The notes under the pieces are model-generated. The model had not been told where the DNA came from and ran no database searches. It saw nothing but the letters and a program-made list of their open reading frames with translations. The position numbers were made by a program, and so were the translations under genes. Positions 11,601 through 24,600 of a stretch of 64,000 nt of DNA are shown piece after piece (the stretch's first letter is position 1; every line of letters begins with the position of its first letter). Source of the DNA: Macrostomum hystrix (lineage: Eukaryota; Animalia; Platyhelminthes). The DNA is taken from assembly GCA_950097015.1 (NCBI GenBank), contig CATNEN010000039.1, positions 10,230,001 to 10,294,000 of the forward strand, in the 5' to 3' direction.

Positions 11601-14600
11601 TTGGAGAGCTGCGGAAAAATTTAATAATAAACACAATGTCCGCTTGAGGCAACATAAAGACAGAATTACATAGACCCGAGGGAGTGGGACCTACCTGAAG
11701 GACAAGGTGACAAGTAGAACTAAACCCACCTGAAGTATAAGGAAACCCACGGTACTGAAATTTTCATCTGTTGAGAAGCCACCTGAAGGGATGTTTATCA
11801 GTTGAGAGCCAACCTGAAGGGTTTTTTATCACAGAAGGAACCCACTTGAAGGGATATTCGCCAGCAGCAAACACTCCTAAATGTGCAGCGGGAGTCTACG
11901 CAGCTCACCTGCTCAGCGTGCACAGCCCGCAGTGCTGCCAGCTCCGCTTTCGCCCGCTCGGCTAGAGCTCGCCGCTCATCCTCCAATTGTCGCCGCAGTT
12001 GGTCCACAGTTCGTTGCAATTTTTGCGCATTAAAGCCGTCAATGCTGGCTGCGTAGCCGCAAACAACGGCGAGAGCTTGGACGGCTACGGCGAGACGGCG
12101 CGATTCTGACAGAGCAATGCTGAGCTCGCGTTGCGACTCGGATAAAGCGGCCGCGGCGGCGGCGGCTGCGGCGGTGGCGGCTGAAGCGGAGGCGACAGAG
12201 ACTGAAGGAGTGCTGCGGCCAGAGGCGAGTGAGGCCGAGATTGACTCCCGCCTGACTGAAGCGGCGTCGCTGTTTGACGGCTGCACGACATTGAGGAATT
12301 ATACACGTTTTAGAGTACATGGGTGGCACTAGCAGACAGGTCTGGCGCAACCATCTCATTATGTAGCAGCTAAGGCAGTTAATCCTCATTGGTTGGCAGG
12401 CAGTTCAGGCAGCCATTCCCTCATTGGTGGGCTAGCAGTTCAGGCAGCCATTCCCTCATTGGTGGGCTAGCAGTTCAGGCATCCATTCCCTCATTGGTTG
12501 GCTAGCAGTTCAGGCAGCCTTTACCTCATTGGTTGGCTAGCAGTTCAGGCAGCCTTTACCTCATTGGTTGGCTAGCAGTTCAGGCAGCCTTTACCTCATT
12601 GGTTGGCAGGCAGTTCAGGCAGCCTTTACCTCATTGGTTGGCAGGCAGTTCAGGCAGCCTTTACCTCATTGGTTGGCAGGCTGTTCAGGCAGCCTTTACC
12701 TCATTGGTTGGCAGGCAGTTCAGGCAGCCTTTACCTCATTGGTTGGAAGGCAGTTCAGGCAGCCTTTACCTCATTGGTTGGCAGGCAGTTCAGGCAGCCT
12801 TTACCTCATTGGTTGGCAGGCAGTTCAGGCAGCCTTTCCCTTATTGGTTGGCTAGCTATTCAGTTAGCCATTCTCTCATTGGTTGGCTAGCAGTTCAGGC
12901 AGCCATTCTCTCATTGGTTGGCTAGCAGTTCAGACAGCCATTCTCTCATTGGTTGGCTAGCAGTTCAGACAGCCATTCTCTCATTGGTTGGCTAGCAGTT
13001 CAGACAGCCTTTCCCTCATTAGCTGGTCCAACTTACCCTTCTGCCAGCGCTGTCCTTGCCAGTTGCCCTGGCATTGGTGCCTGGTGCAGCAGGTGTTGCA
13101 GATGAAACACTCTTCTTTGTTGTAGTCGCTTTTTCTGCCGCTGCTGTTGATGTTTTCGTTTTTGCTGCCTGTGCAGCTGTCGCCTTGGCAACAGCACCTA
13201 CGCGACTATTTGAAGCGACTATGGTTGACAAGCGATGCGCGTCAGTCTTTGATGAAGCATCTGAAGCAGTTGTTTTGCCTGATTTTGCTGCTGCAGCAGT
13301 TCTTTGATCCGGGACAGAGCTGCGAGCTAATGAGAAATAGGAAAATAGTGGCACATTTATTTACAGCGGATATGTGCCGACCCACCTCAAAAAATGAGAT
13401 TTTTTTGCAAAAAAAGTTTGGTCCAGAGCAGCTTTAGTCTAGCTACCAAATCGTTGGCAAATGCTAGGGATCGTAAATACTCGTAAATTTGCTGTGATCA
13501 TATCAAATAGGAGACCAGATCATATCATATTATATCATATCAAATAGGTGACAAGGACAACTAGAATCGCTCAGTATAAAACCATATATCCTTATCAGTT
13601 CAATAACATAATAATTGACAATATAATCAACAATAGGCCCCAACATGGTTACAAAGCTTTAAAAACTCACAAGAAGCAATCGAAGACTTTCTAGAAGAAG
13701 CCTGGGACACAGCGCTAATCGGCCTAGCGTTGCTGTTGCTGCTGCTGCTGCCTAGACGAGTAGCTAAAGTCTTCGGAGCTGCAGAAACGCTGCTTCTAGC
13801 TGGCACAGCAGCCACAGTCGGTTTCGCCAAGGCGGACATTGGTGCCCTCCTGCCTGAGGCAGCAGTCGCCATTGTTTTAGTCAGCGACGGTCTCCGAGCC
13901 AGTTCAACTGCGCAAAATCGATTAATGAGCTTTGATTTGCAAACTAGACAGTGACACCAGATTGAGCAGAACAGATTTCAACTAGCTAAATAATATAGAA
14001 ATGAGTCTTGGTAGGTCCCTGATAAGATAAGGTAAAGAGCTGGCCTGTATTTCACGGCTCACAGCTCCGCGCTGTCCATAAGCTTACAGAACCAGAAGTT
14101 AAATATAATGCAAATTTAGACTCCACTATGTCCGTACCAGTGTGCCACCGCTTCTCAGACCCGCAATACACAGTTCTAGACTGCGCCGTACACATATATT
14201 TATAGCATAGCTCACCCTGGTTGGTTAATGCAGCCGGTACTGAGACAATTAATGAATTATTTATATATGAACAATTTTATTTGCCAACTATTGGGTAAAG
14301 CGTGCCCAGAGATTGATTGCCTGAACATTGCTAGTTTGGCAGAGGGGAAAACCTGTAAAGTAAATTAATGTGTCAAGATTCTTAACAACTACTGATCAGC
14401 CAGAGAGTAGTATATTTACTCCCAACCCGACAATTTCATACCTATACAGAATATTTCGCTATTTGACTATCAAAAACACTGACAAACTTATTCTCATACG
14501 GAAACTTCACACTCACTCCGAAAACTTTAATCTCACACCTAAAACATCACTCTTACCCCGAAAACTTCCCACTCACTCCGAAAACTTCCCACTCCCTCCG

Positions 14601-15587
14601 AAAACTTCCCACTCACTCCGAAAACTTCCCACTCACTCCGAAAACTTCCCACTCACTCCGAAAACTTTAATCTCACACCTAAAACGTCACTCTCACCCCG
14701 AAAACTTCCCCACTCACTCCGAAAACTTCCCACTCACTCCGAAAACTTCCGAGTCACTCCGAAAACTTCCCACTCACTCCGAAAACTTCCGACTCACTCC
14801 GAAAACTTTAATCTCACACCTAAAACGTCACTCTCACCCCAAAAACTTCCCACTCACTCCGAAAACTTCCCACTCACTCCGAAAACTTCCCACTCACACC
14901 GAGAGCTTCACTCTCACACCGAAAGCTTCACTCTCACACCGAAAGCTTCACTCTCACACAGAAAGCTTCACTCTCACACCGAAAGCTTCACTCTCACACA
15001 GAAAGCTTCACTCTCACACCGAAAGCTTCACTCTCACACAGAAAGCTTCACTCTCACACCGAAAGCTTCACTCTCACACAGAAAGCTTCACTCTCACACA
15101 GAAAGCTTCACTCTCACACCGAAAGCTTCACTCTCACACAGAAAGCTTCACTCTCACACCGAAAGCTTCACTCTCACTTCAAAAACTTCACTCTTGGCGC
15201 ACCTGATGTACTCATCGACCCAACAGCGTCCCCGGGGTCAACAACGGCGCGACCGATTTCTTGGAAATCCTCATCTGTCGGAGGCGCCGGCGGCTCCACA
15301 CAGAAGGTTCCTTTTCTCTGCCGCTGGCCCAAGCCACCGCTGAGCATCTGCCTCAGAGTGTCCGGAGGAGAAGACACTGTCATCAGGAGCGACGAAGAAC
15401 TGTGTGGGGCTCCTTCAACTCGGCTGCGTGTCACAGTCGACGGTGCCACCAGAGATCGCCGATTGCTGCTGGCACTGGCGGAGCTAAGTCCAGAGGATAG
15501 GTGGGGCAGGCGACTGGCCAGAGTTGGCCTGCGCAGCATTGTCGGGATGGCTGACGAGCCAGCAGTGGTGCTGCTTGACTTGGCCGC
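8694..15587 (-). CDS. MTUS1: MTUS1/MTUS2/CCDC69-family microtubule-associated coiled-coil protein (N-terminus unresolved)
   Basis: Phase-consistent exons 15587-15203, (14239-14216 optional), 13907-13671, 13326-13037, 12280-11909, 11608-11503, 11428-11280, 11204-10839, 10374-10157, 9888-9742, 8883-8694. C-terminal EIASLKSVLELRT and ENKAKSRLSMNYEELKFKM match the MTUS-family motifs ELESLKAVLEIKN and ESKVNKRLSMENEELLWKL (recalled, not searched). The basic S/T-rich N-terminal region contains SAIP and SRLP. Confidence 0.8.
8960..9690. repeat. Intronic 31-bp minisatellite (atccatctaatctcacagtttatctcaccct)
   Basis: Fills intron 8884-9741. Confidence 0.95.
9950..10140. repeat. Intronic 37-bp minisatellite, ~5 copies
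   Basis: Unit attatctagtagtccttggtcaaccagttggaatgct. Confidence 0.95.
10392..10835. repeat. Intronic 20-bp minisatellite (gattgagtagatggatggca)
   Basis: Fills intron 10375-10838. Confidence 0.95.
12383..13020. repeat. Intronic 35-bp minisatellite (tcattggttggcaggcagttcaggcagcctttacc)
   Basis: Tandem units. Confidence 0.95.
14500..15193. repeat. Intronic 20-bp minisatellite (gaaaacttcccactcactcc grading into gaaagcttcactctcacacc)
   Basis: Tandem units abutting the donor at 15202. Confidence 0.95.
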
Positions 15588-18500
15588 CTGGAAGCCACAA
15601 TTGAACAGTGAAAGTATTGAAATTTGGAAGGAATGATGAGAATGAAAGTGAATTGTAGGAATTTCAAATATAACTTTGAGGGCACTTAACAATCATGATT
15701 TTATGGAAGGGAGAAGGCTAAAGACAAAAGTAATTTTAGCATCTTTTATTAATTAAAAACTTTTTATAATGGCTTATAGGAATCTTATGGTTGTGCTTTT
15801 AAATGAATTTAGGAATTGCTTATTCAATAATAAATAGGCTCTGAACTCTAGCCAATTATTTTATTTTATTTGTATTAAAAATCATTTTTAGAGACATATT
15901 TCAAATTTCATTTCTATGAATCTATCTAAAGTTCTAACTCAAACATTACTATTAGCACATTAGGTCTTAAACAAAACAAAAATGTTAACAAATAATTTGC
16001 TTTGCAAAGGAAGAAACTAATTACAATATAATATTAAATTATTTGCTATACAAAAAACAATGCCTTTAAATTAATAATTGAAATAACTTTTTATTGTAAT
16101 TGATTCAGACTTAATATAAAAATAAAGTTTTTGTATAGCTATATTATTTTTTTCAACAAAGTAGGCAGCTAATTTTTTTCCTTACCAGAACAGCGAGTAA
16201 AGTAGAACTACTATTTGGCGATTAGTCTAACTGAGGGTAGGCCAGTAGGGGATTGAAAAATGGAGCTCACATTCTAGTAACTAGGCCTATGCCTTTAGTA
16301 GTGCAAAAAACCTTTCCAGTTGCGGAAGATCTTCTAGAAGTAGCAGATAAAGATTCTAACGAATGTATGAGCGAAAATTCATCATACGTCATAGTAAATA
16401 CATAAAACTGAATTAGGACTCTATTAATTTCAAACCTCAAAACTAATTTCAAAATAATTTCAAACTTCACCTTGCTGATACAAAAGAAAATGTAAAGAAT
16501 CGCATTTTTTATGAAAAGGCCATCTTGAAAATATAAACAATTAGTTGCAGTCATAAAAAATATGATCATATCTATCTACAGACTTCAGTGTCTGTAGATT
16601 CAGTGCGATCCCCCATCAGGCCTTAGTCTCAGTCCATCTTCTCCAACAACTTGAACATGTACTCATATTCATTCAGACGGTGGAGATTTTAAAAAAGCAC
16701 TTAACAGTTTTAACAAACGTTAAACAATTGAAAAATTTAAAGTCATTTCGAGAATGCAAAACATGGAACATGTGAAAATGTTCACTACTATTGCAACAAG
16801 GATAATCAGATCCTGCCTCAATTCTAAAACACCTCTGTCAGATTCAGATTCAGATTTGAATAGAACTAATTTCACATAAATGTGAAAACCAATGATAACG
16901 TCGTTTTATCTGTCATCAAATTTATAATCGGTTAGATTTAAGGGAAGTTATCGATGAGAGTGCATCAGCATTTTACTGTATGATCTACATGCTCAATGCA
17001 AATGTGGGACAGCCATGCAGTCAGCCGGTAAATGTGAGGAGGTTTTCTCTCTCCGTGTTCTACACTCTGAGCTCCACATCTCTGGCTCAGCTGATCGATA
17101 CACCGGCGCGGCATGAAAATTGGCTCAATAATTGGCTCTTATATAGAGGCAAATAAATAAAGCTCTCACAAAGTGCTGATGCAGATCGAATGAATTTAAA
17201 CTTGCAGCCACGACTGCAGGGAGAGGAACTAGCACGTCTCTTGTATTTTTTTGTTCAAAAAGTAAAATGACTATATTAACAATCTCATGCTCTTTCTAAC
17301 TTTAAGCAAATGAATTGCATGGGAAAATGCAATGTGGAGAAGCCCAAGAACCTCGACTTTCTCGTTTTTAAGCTGCTCTATGGATCACCTTGATCCGAAA
17401 AAGATAATTAAAAAAACTTTTATCCAGTAGTTACAAGCACCCTTTAGCAAGCTAGCAAGTTCAGTACATCCGTTAGTTAGAGTACGATAATTATAGTACG
17501 ATAATTAATGTAAACTTCGCTGTCTGATGACAATGAGTTGCGAGAAAGCCAAGGTTACTATAGGTTCCAGGTGAAAAAAAACACAGCGCCGAACACAGCG
17601 AACAAAGCATAAACAGCTTCTTTTTATCACAGCATACAAACAGCAACAGTAAAGACATAAAAGTGCAGCCATGCATGCAGACCGTTAGTTGAAAGCAGAG
17701 CATACTCAAATAATGAACCAAAATGAAAGGTAGTGTGAAAGTTGAGTAGAAGTTGATTTGGTTACCGTAAGAATTGATGAACTGATGTTAATTGTCCATA
17801 TAATGACTGACAGGAGCATGCTGAACAGAAATCACATATACCGGTAAATTGTGAGACAAGTGAATTAGTTTTGCGATTTAAACTCCGAAAACGGGCCCTG
17901 CAAGAAATAGAAGCAAAGTGTTTTTAATGATACACGTGGCTGCAAGGGTTAGAAAGTACTCAAGCGCTTGGATTTTGGTTGTTAGGCAAACTTTTGACAG
18001 AAGCGCCACGCGGAATAAAAAAATTAGGAGGCGGAAAAATTTCAGGTGGGAAAATCCGGAGGAGACAGGTTTGTGCGCGTGTTTACAGGTTGCTACCAAG
18101 GCACAGTTCACACTGGATTTGCGTTTCAAATTGTTGGCTGGGTACGAAAATTCGGAATTCATAAAAGCCTATAGAAATATGAATTTGGCCTACAGTCCAC
18201 GCAAGGTAGAGTCGCGAATGTCTAGGCAAACAAAAATAATTATAAAATAACGAGCACAAAAACAGAAAGGAAAGATTTGACACGAAAACTGTCCAACTGA
18301 GGCAATAACTCCGTAGTGTCCCTATGTACACTGCTCACTGCCATGATACACTACACGAGCTATACTGTAACAGAGTATACTCCAGAATGTACCTTCTCGC
18401 AAATATAGCCAAAGTGCAGAATGCTAGAATGCTATAGAACAAAAATGTCTTAGTAAAGAATGACTTCGCAGCAAATGGGCATGCATAAAAATTTAAGGAA

Positions 18501-18623
18501 TCTTCTAAAGTACGAAAATAATTGTTAATATAAAATTTGAGCGAATTGTGTCAGTTAGATTCTCTTCCAGTTTTCACTTTGTTGTTGACCTTTAGTCTAG
18601 AAAGAATGCATCCGGCCGCAGAA

Positions 18624-21600
18624 TTACACTGGCGAAGAAAACTCGGTGATAGCCAACTCACCCGCCGGCTCCGACTGCTGCCGTTTCACGGCGACCGGCC
18701 CCGCTGCCGGCGGAGGCGCGCAAGTCGCTGCACGGGTCGTCCTGCGCAGCGAGCTGCTGTCCGTCTGGCTGCTGCTGGATACTCGACGCTGATGACCGGC
18801 GCCGCGTCTGCCCGGCAAGGTCGACTGGGCGCCACCGACATTTGTTGACATTAGCAACGGATTCGATTCGTTAATTGTTGAATCATCTGCGTCAGCGAGA
18901 CTGTAGGGTCCCGGCGATCTCGGCTGCAGCTGACTGGGGTAGTGCTGATAGTAATTCGATTGCTGCTGCTGCAGCTCCTGCGGCTGCGGCTCCTGCATCG
19001 ATTGCTGTGGCTTTAAGTAACGGATTACGTCGAAGAAGCCACGCGAACTGCCGGCGCCCCAGCTGGAGTACGCATCCTGCTGGTTATAGGAGGCTGTCAA
19101 CTCAGCGACTGGACGAGCCGGCAGCGCCGGCGGCAGCGGCATCTGAAGCAGCGGCCCCGGCAGCGGGTTGGGTAGCCGAGGCTCCGTCGCAGACGTTGAT
19201 CGCTGGTAGCGCGGCGGCGGCGGCGGACCCGGATGACAGCCTGATTGATTGCCGCCTGCGTTAGCCGATGCTGACAGCTTCTTGAAGCAGTTCTCAGCGC
19301 AGGAGGCATCCAGGCTGGTCATCAGGCTCGGGACGTTGCTGCAGTTGGCCAGACTGTCACTCATACAGCTGCCGCCTATTCTAGGGTCAGTCGGGCAGCC
19401 GTGGAGATTCGGCTTGCCGCTGATTCCGTTTTTGGCGACACCGCCGCCGCTGCCGTTCGCAGACTGCTGCCCGCTGCCCAGGTCTCTCAGCTGGTCTTGC
19501 AATTTGCGAACCTGGCGCCGCATCCCGACCAGTTGGCGACGTTGGAGGCAGAATGCCACCGCCCCGCCAACCAGACAGGCCACGAGCACGGCCGTCAGAC
19601 AGACAACCGCCACCATCGGGTAGGAGAGCCGGCCGCTACCGTCGCCGCCTTCTTCGCTAGTCGAACTTTGGTCCATGATCTTCTTTGGTGTTCTGCGATC
19701 AACAATGTCTATCCCTGGCTGATGCTGCGGCTGACCGCACGGCAGCGACTGCATCTGCGAGAGGCTGCCGAAGTCTTTCGCTCCTAGACAGCCGGCAGCA
19801 GCTCGCTTGCAAGCCCGAGTTCGAGTATTTTGGCTGTCCAGGCCGCAGTTGCTCCACGGAGACCAGTCCGAGTAGACTGCACAATTCAGAAATTACATTG
19901 GGAGGTAATTTACAACAGCGAACCATCTGACTGGTCTACTAACAGTAGCAGCACGCGCATAATGTTCTTTCCCGACGCACAAAAAATTAAAATTAGCAGT
20001 GGTACCTGCATGCGCAGATTCATTTTCTAGGTTTTTTCTGACAAGACACTACTCAGAAAATATTCATCAGTAAGTAAAAGATTTAGGGGAGTGTACACAC
20101 AGACACGCACGCTCTCTCAACCGACACGAAGCGATATGAAATTTGTTAAAAAAATTCTTGATTTACTCGTCTGACAGGCAGGCCGCAGTTCTGTTCTGCA
20201 TGAACCAATTTTGCGAGGCATTCGGCCGTCTTGAGCAAATATTTTCGTCGCTTAACCCCACTGCGTCAGGAAACTGCCAGAGTAAGCAGTTTATTTGAAA
20301 AGTACAAAAATACTTTCTGTCTCTGCTTGAATGATTGTACTCGTACTAGACTAAGCGTCAGTATGCATTTGGCGGTGGGACTAGACCACATGTATTAAGG
20401 GCGCAGTCAGAATTGTACACTGCCTGACGATGAGAAAATAAGGGAAGATCTCCACACCTGTGTGAGTGTGTGCTCAGACTGTAACCGCATGATACCAACA
20501 GCCCCTAAGATTGTCATTATTAATAGGGCCAAAAGGCCAGATTGCAAGTACGAATCCACAAATATCAAGCGTTAGTCTAGCCCTGAGTACATTTGACCAT
20601 ACCTGCACAAGAGCTCAGCTGGCAGTCCCGGTGCTGAATGGCTGAGCCTCCGCAGCCACCGCTGCCGCCATCGTCGTCAATACAAACCCGGCTGCGCATC
20701 TGACTGCCGACGCCCCCGCAGGCCGCCGCAGCCGTGGAATGTTGAGTGCACTCGCTCCAGCAACTCCATGAGCTCCAGTGAGGCGTTGGAGTCGCTGCGG
20801 AGTCAGAAATGTGAGGCAGGTTGGCTTGAGTAACAAATCAGTTGATAGCAAGCACTTGACAACATTGGAATTACGGATAGTAGACAAAAGATCTTCGACA
20901 GGGTCTTCGACAAGAATCGATCACGACGATGCTGACGTAAGACGGCTTTGAAAATCAGTTTAACGCAAAGGGCGGAAAGTTTTACCCAATTGGTGGACTT
21001 TCACGAAAATCAATCATTCAGTTTGGGAGCTATCGTGAAGAAGGCAGTGGGTATTGGAAATACCCCATATGTCTTCCCCCAGGGGACACAATAGCGTGAT
21101 CTTTCTACTGTTAACAGGTATACCTCACCTGCCAGGCGACAGTTGCCACCCGCCGCGTCGCAGAACCTGCTGAAATTGGTCAGCGTCACCTCCAGCCTCT
21201 GCGGCGCCTCGACGCTGCCGGAGAGTCGGCAGACTGCACCAAAAGCAATCCAAGCCGATCGGCCGTTTCGAGGGCCGGACGATGACGCCTCTGCTGGCCA
21301 GTCCGCTCGGCGAATCCAGTCCGAAGTGGGCGCGTGGCTCGCAACTGTTAGAAACAAAATGACAGCAGTTTCAGTCAGTTGAAAGCTTTCAGTTCGGAAG
21401 AGTTGGGGGTTCAGTTGCTGAGAAGTGCCAGAGCTCGAATCCGCGGCGAGGCCACATTTACAAAAGGGCCCAGTCCTGGAGAGAAGACTTGTGGGCTGGT
21501 CGTGAAATTGACACTCATGAGGGATAACCCCATTACTGGCACATCATTTGGTGACACTAGACCCGCAGCTAGACCCGCAGCAGACGATTAGAAAGTCAGG

Positions 21601-24600
21601 GCAGATTTACGAAATTGTGTGAGCAAGTGCCTGAGCAGCCTCACACTAGCTTCGGGTATTATAAAGGTCAAATGAAGCATCAAATTTGTGGACTCACTCT
21701 CTGAGCACGCCTGCTCGTTGCAGCGACGCCACTGTCGAGAGTCGCCAGCGCACTGAGCTGTTGTCACTCCGGCAACGCCACCTAAGACGCTGCACACGCG
21801 AGATCTGTTCTGACTGCCCGAGCCACAATAGCGATCGCAACTGCTCCACTCGCTCCAGCTGCCCCACTGGCCACGGCCGCAGTCAGGACTCTCTGCTTCG
21901 AGTAAGTCAGGTGTGAACAGACTATGCATCATGGGTAACTACTGGTATTGTGCACTTTGTAAAGTCAGAAAGGATTTTGGAGTGGCCCAGCGGTGTCTTA
22001 ACAGACTCTACAGGGTGTCTTGACAGACTCTACAGGGTGTCTTGACAGACTCTACAGGGTGTCTTGACAGACTCTACAGGGTGTCTTGACAGAATCTACA
22101 GGGTGTCTTGACAGACTCTACAGGGTGTCTTGACAGAATCTACAGGGTGTCTTGACAGAATCTACAGGGTGTCTTGACAGACTCTACAGGGTGTCTTGAC
22201 AGACTCTACAGGGTGTCTTGACAGAATCTACAGGGTGTCTTGACAGACTCTACAGAGTGTCTTGACAGAATCTACAGGGTGTCTTGACAGAATCTACAGG
22301 GTGTCTTGACAGACTCTACAGGGTGTCTTGACAGAATCTACAGGGTGTCTTGACAGACTCTACAGGGTGTCTTGACAGACTCTACAGGGTGTCTTGACAG
22401 ACTCTACAGGGTGTCTTGACAGAATCTACAGGGTGTCTTGACAGACTCTACAGGGTGTCTTGACAGACTCTACAGGGTGCCTTGACAAACTCTTCAGGTT
22501 TCTTGACAGACCAGGGTCAAAACACAGCTCACTTTGACATCCAGTCGGCACGCAGGTTCGCGCTTCCGCCTGCTTGTCTGTTCCGCCGGTCGCGTCTCGC
22601 AGTCCGCCGCAGTTGGCCCCCCCGAAGGCCGGCTTCGGCGAGTCGCATCGGCGCCTCCTAGTCTGCTGACCGACGCAGACGTCGCCGTCGCTGACGTCGC
22701 TGCCGCAAGGACCCCACTCAGTCCAGCCGCTCCAGCCGCCGTCCCGGCTGCAGTTCGACAGCACCTGCTGCAGCCGGCGAGTCTCCCAGCTGCCTAGCCC
22801 GGCTAGACGAACCCGACACTGGCAGGCCGGTGTCGCTGGTCCAGCTGTGCTCTGACAGGGCCGCCAAGGCGACCAGTCGGACCAGGCGGCGGCCTCCTCG
22901 TCGGCATCCAGCGGTCTCCTAGGGCAGATGCGGCCGGCGGCGGCGCTGACCTCCTGGTGCCATTGTTTGGTGTTCTCTGGCCGCACCGTGCAGGCGGCAG
23001 CCGGGGAGTTCCAGCCGCAGTGCGGGTCCCTGGCCGCCAAGCAGGCCTCTCGGCTAGCCAGAAGGTGGCAGCGCGAAGTAGGCAGCTGAACTAGACGGGC
23101 GTTGGTGCTGATGAGCAGTCGGCCTCCTGGCAGCAGCTTCATATCATTGATCTGGCCGTCCAGGCTGGGGTCCAGAGTGATTTCGTCGAGGACGCAGCGA
23201 TTGCCCTCGGCTAGGAGGATCTTCTTGATTGAGCGGTGCTCAGTCAGCACGTAGGCAACGGTGTGCCACTGGCCGGCCTGGCTGCCTGGCAGGCGCTCCA
23301 CAATGAGACGCAACCAGTTCTCATTGGCTGTGGCCGCCACAGGCTGGTTTGTGTCCGGCACAGTCCATTGCGACTTGAGAAAGAACTGCCAGTTCATGCG
23401 CTCGTATTCGCCCATCTCGTTCTTGTGCAGGTGGAGGCTGGAGCACTGCGGGTTGGGTCGGATAGGGATCATTTAGGATTAAGGAGCCTTTGTCGCATCC
23501 GCGTGGAATGGCCTATCTTTTTCGCTTCCGATAGTTTGGTTGGTTGTGAAATTCCAATGGGATAATTTCGTAGATTGTTAAATACCAATTGGATAATTGC
23601 GTAGATTGTTAAATTCCAATGGGATAATTTCGTAGGTTGTCAAATGCCATGGGATAATTTGGTAGATTGTCAAATGCCATGGGATAATTTGGTAGATTGT
23701 TAAATGCCATGGGATAATTTGGTAGGTTGTCAAATGCCATGGGATAATTTGGTAGATTGTCAAATGCCATGGGATAATTTGGTAGATTGTCAAATACCAA
23801 TGGGATAATTGCGTAGATTGTTAAATTCCAATGGGATAATTTCGTAGGTTGTCAAATACCAATGGGATAATTTGGTAAATTGTCAAATGCCATGGGATAA
23901 TTTGGTAGATTGTCAAATGCCATGGGATAATTTGGTAGATTGTCAAATGCCATGGGATAATTTGGTAGATTGTCAAATACCAATGGGATAATTGCGTAGA
24001 TTGTTAAATTCCAATGGGATAATTTCGTAGGTTGTCAAATACCAATGGGATAATTTGGTAAATTGTCAAATGCCATGGGATAATTTGGTAGATTGTCAAA
24101 TGCCATGGGATAATTTGGTAGATTGTCAAATGCCATGGGATAATTTGGTAGATTGTTAAATGCCATGGGATAATTTGGTAGATTGTCAAATGCCATGGGA
24201 TAATTTGGTAGGTTGTTAGAAAATTTATAAGAAAATGTCGAGCTAATGAATTCAGCAGAAACTTGCATTCCAACTCACATCGGACCGGTTAAACTGATCC
24301 TTGGCCTCCACAAAGTAGGATATCGGTGCGCCGGACTCGCGACTCTCCCATCGCTTCACTTTCACCGACGCGTCGCCGAACACTTGGTTGAAGGTGGAGA
24401 GGGGGAAGCCGCAGATCGCGCTGGCCCTGACTCCGTGTCTGTGAAAGCGGGCGACAATATGGGCATGCTACAGGTGAAACAGTTTAATGGCAGCAGGTAA
24501 AACAATTGAATGGCAACAGGTGAGACAGTCGAATGGCAACAGGTGAGACAGTTAAATGGCAGCAGGTAAGACAGTTGAATGGAAACAGGTAAAACAGTTG

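Noticed and set aside
20167-20260. Possible extra semaphorin exon (AG...GT bounded, open)
   Set aside because: It ends in phase 2, while the flanking exons join correctly in phase 1 without it.
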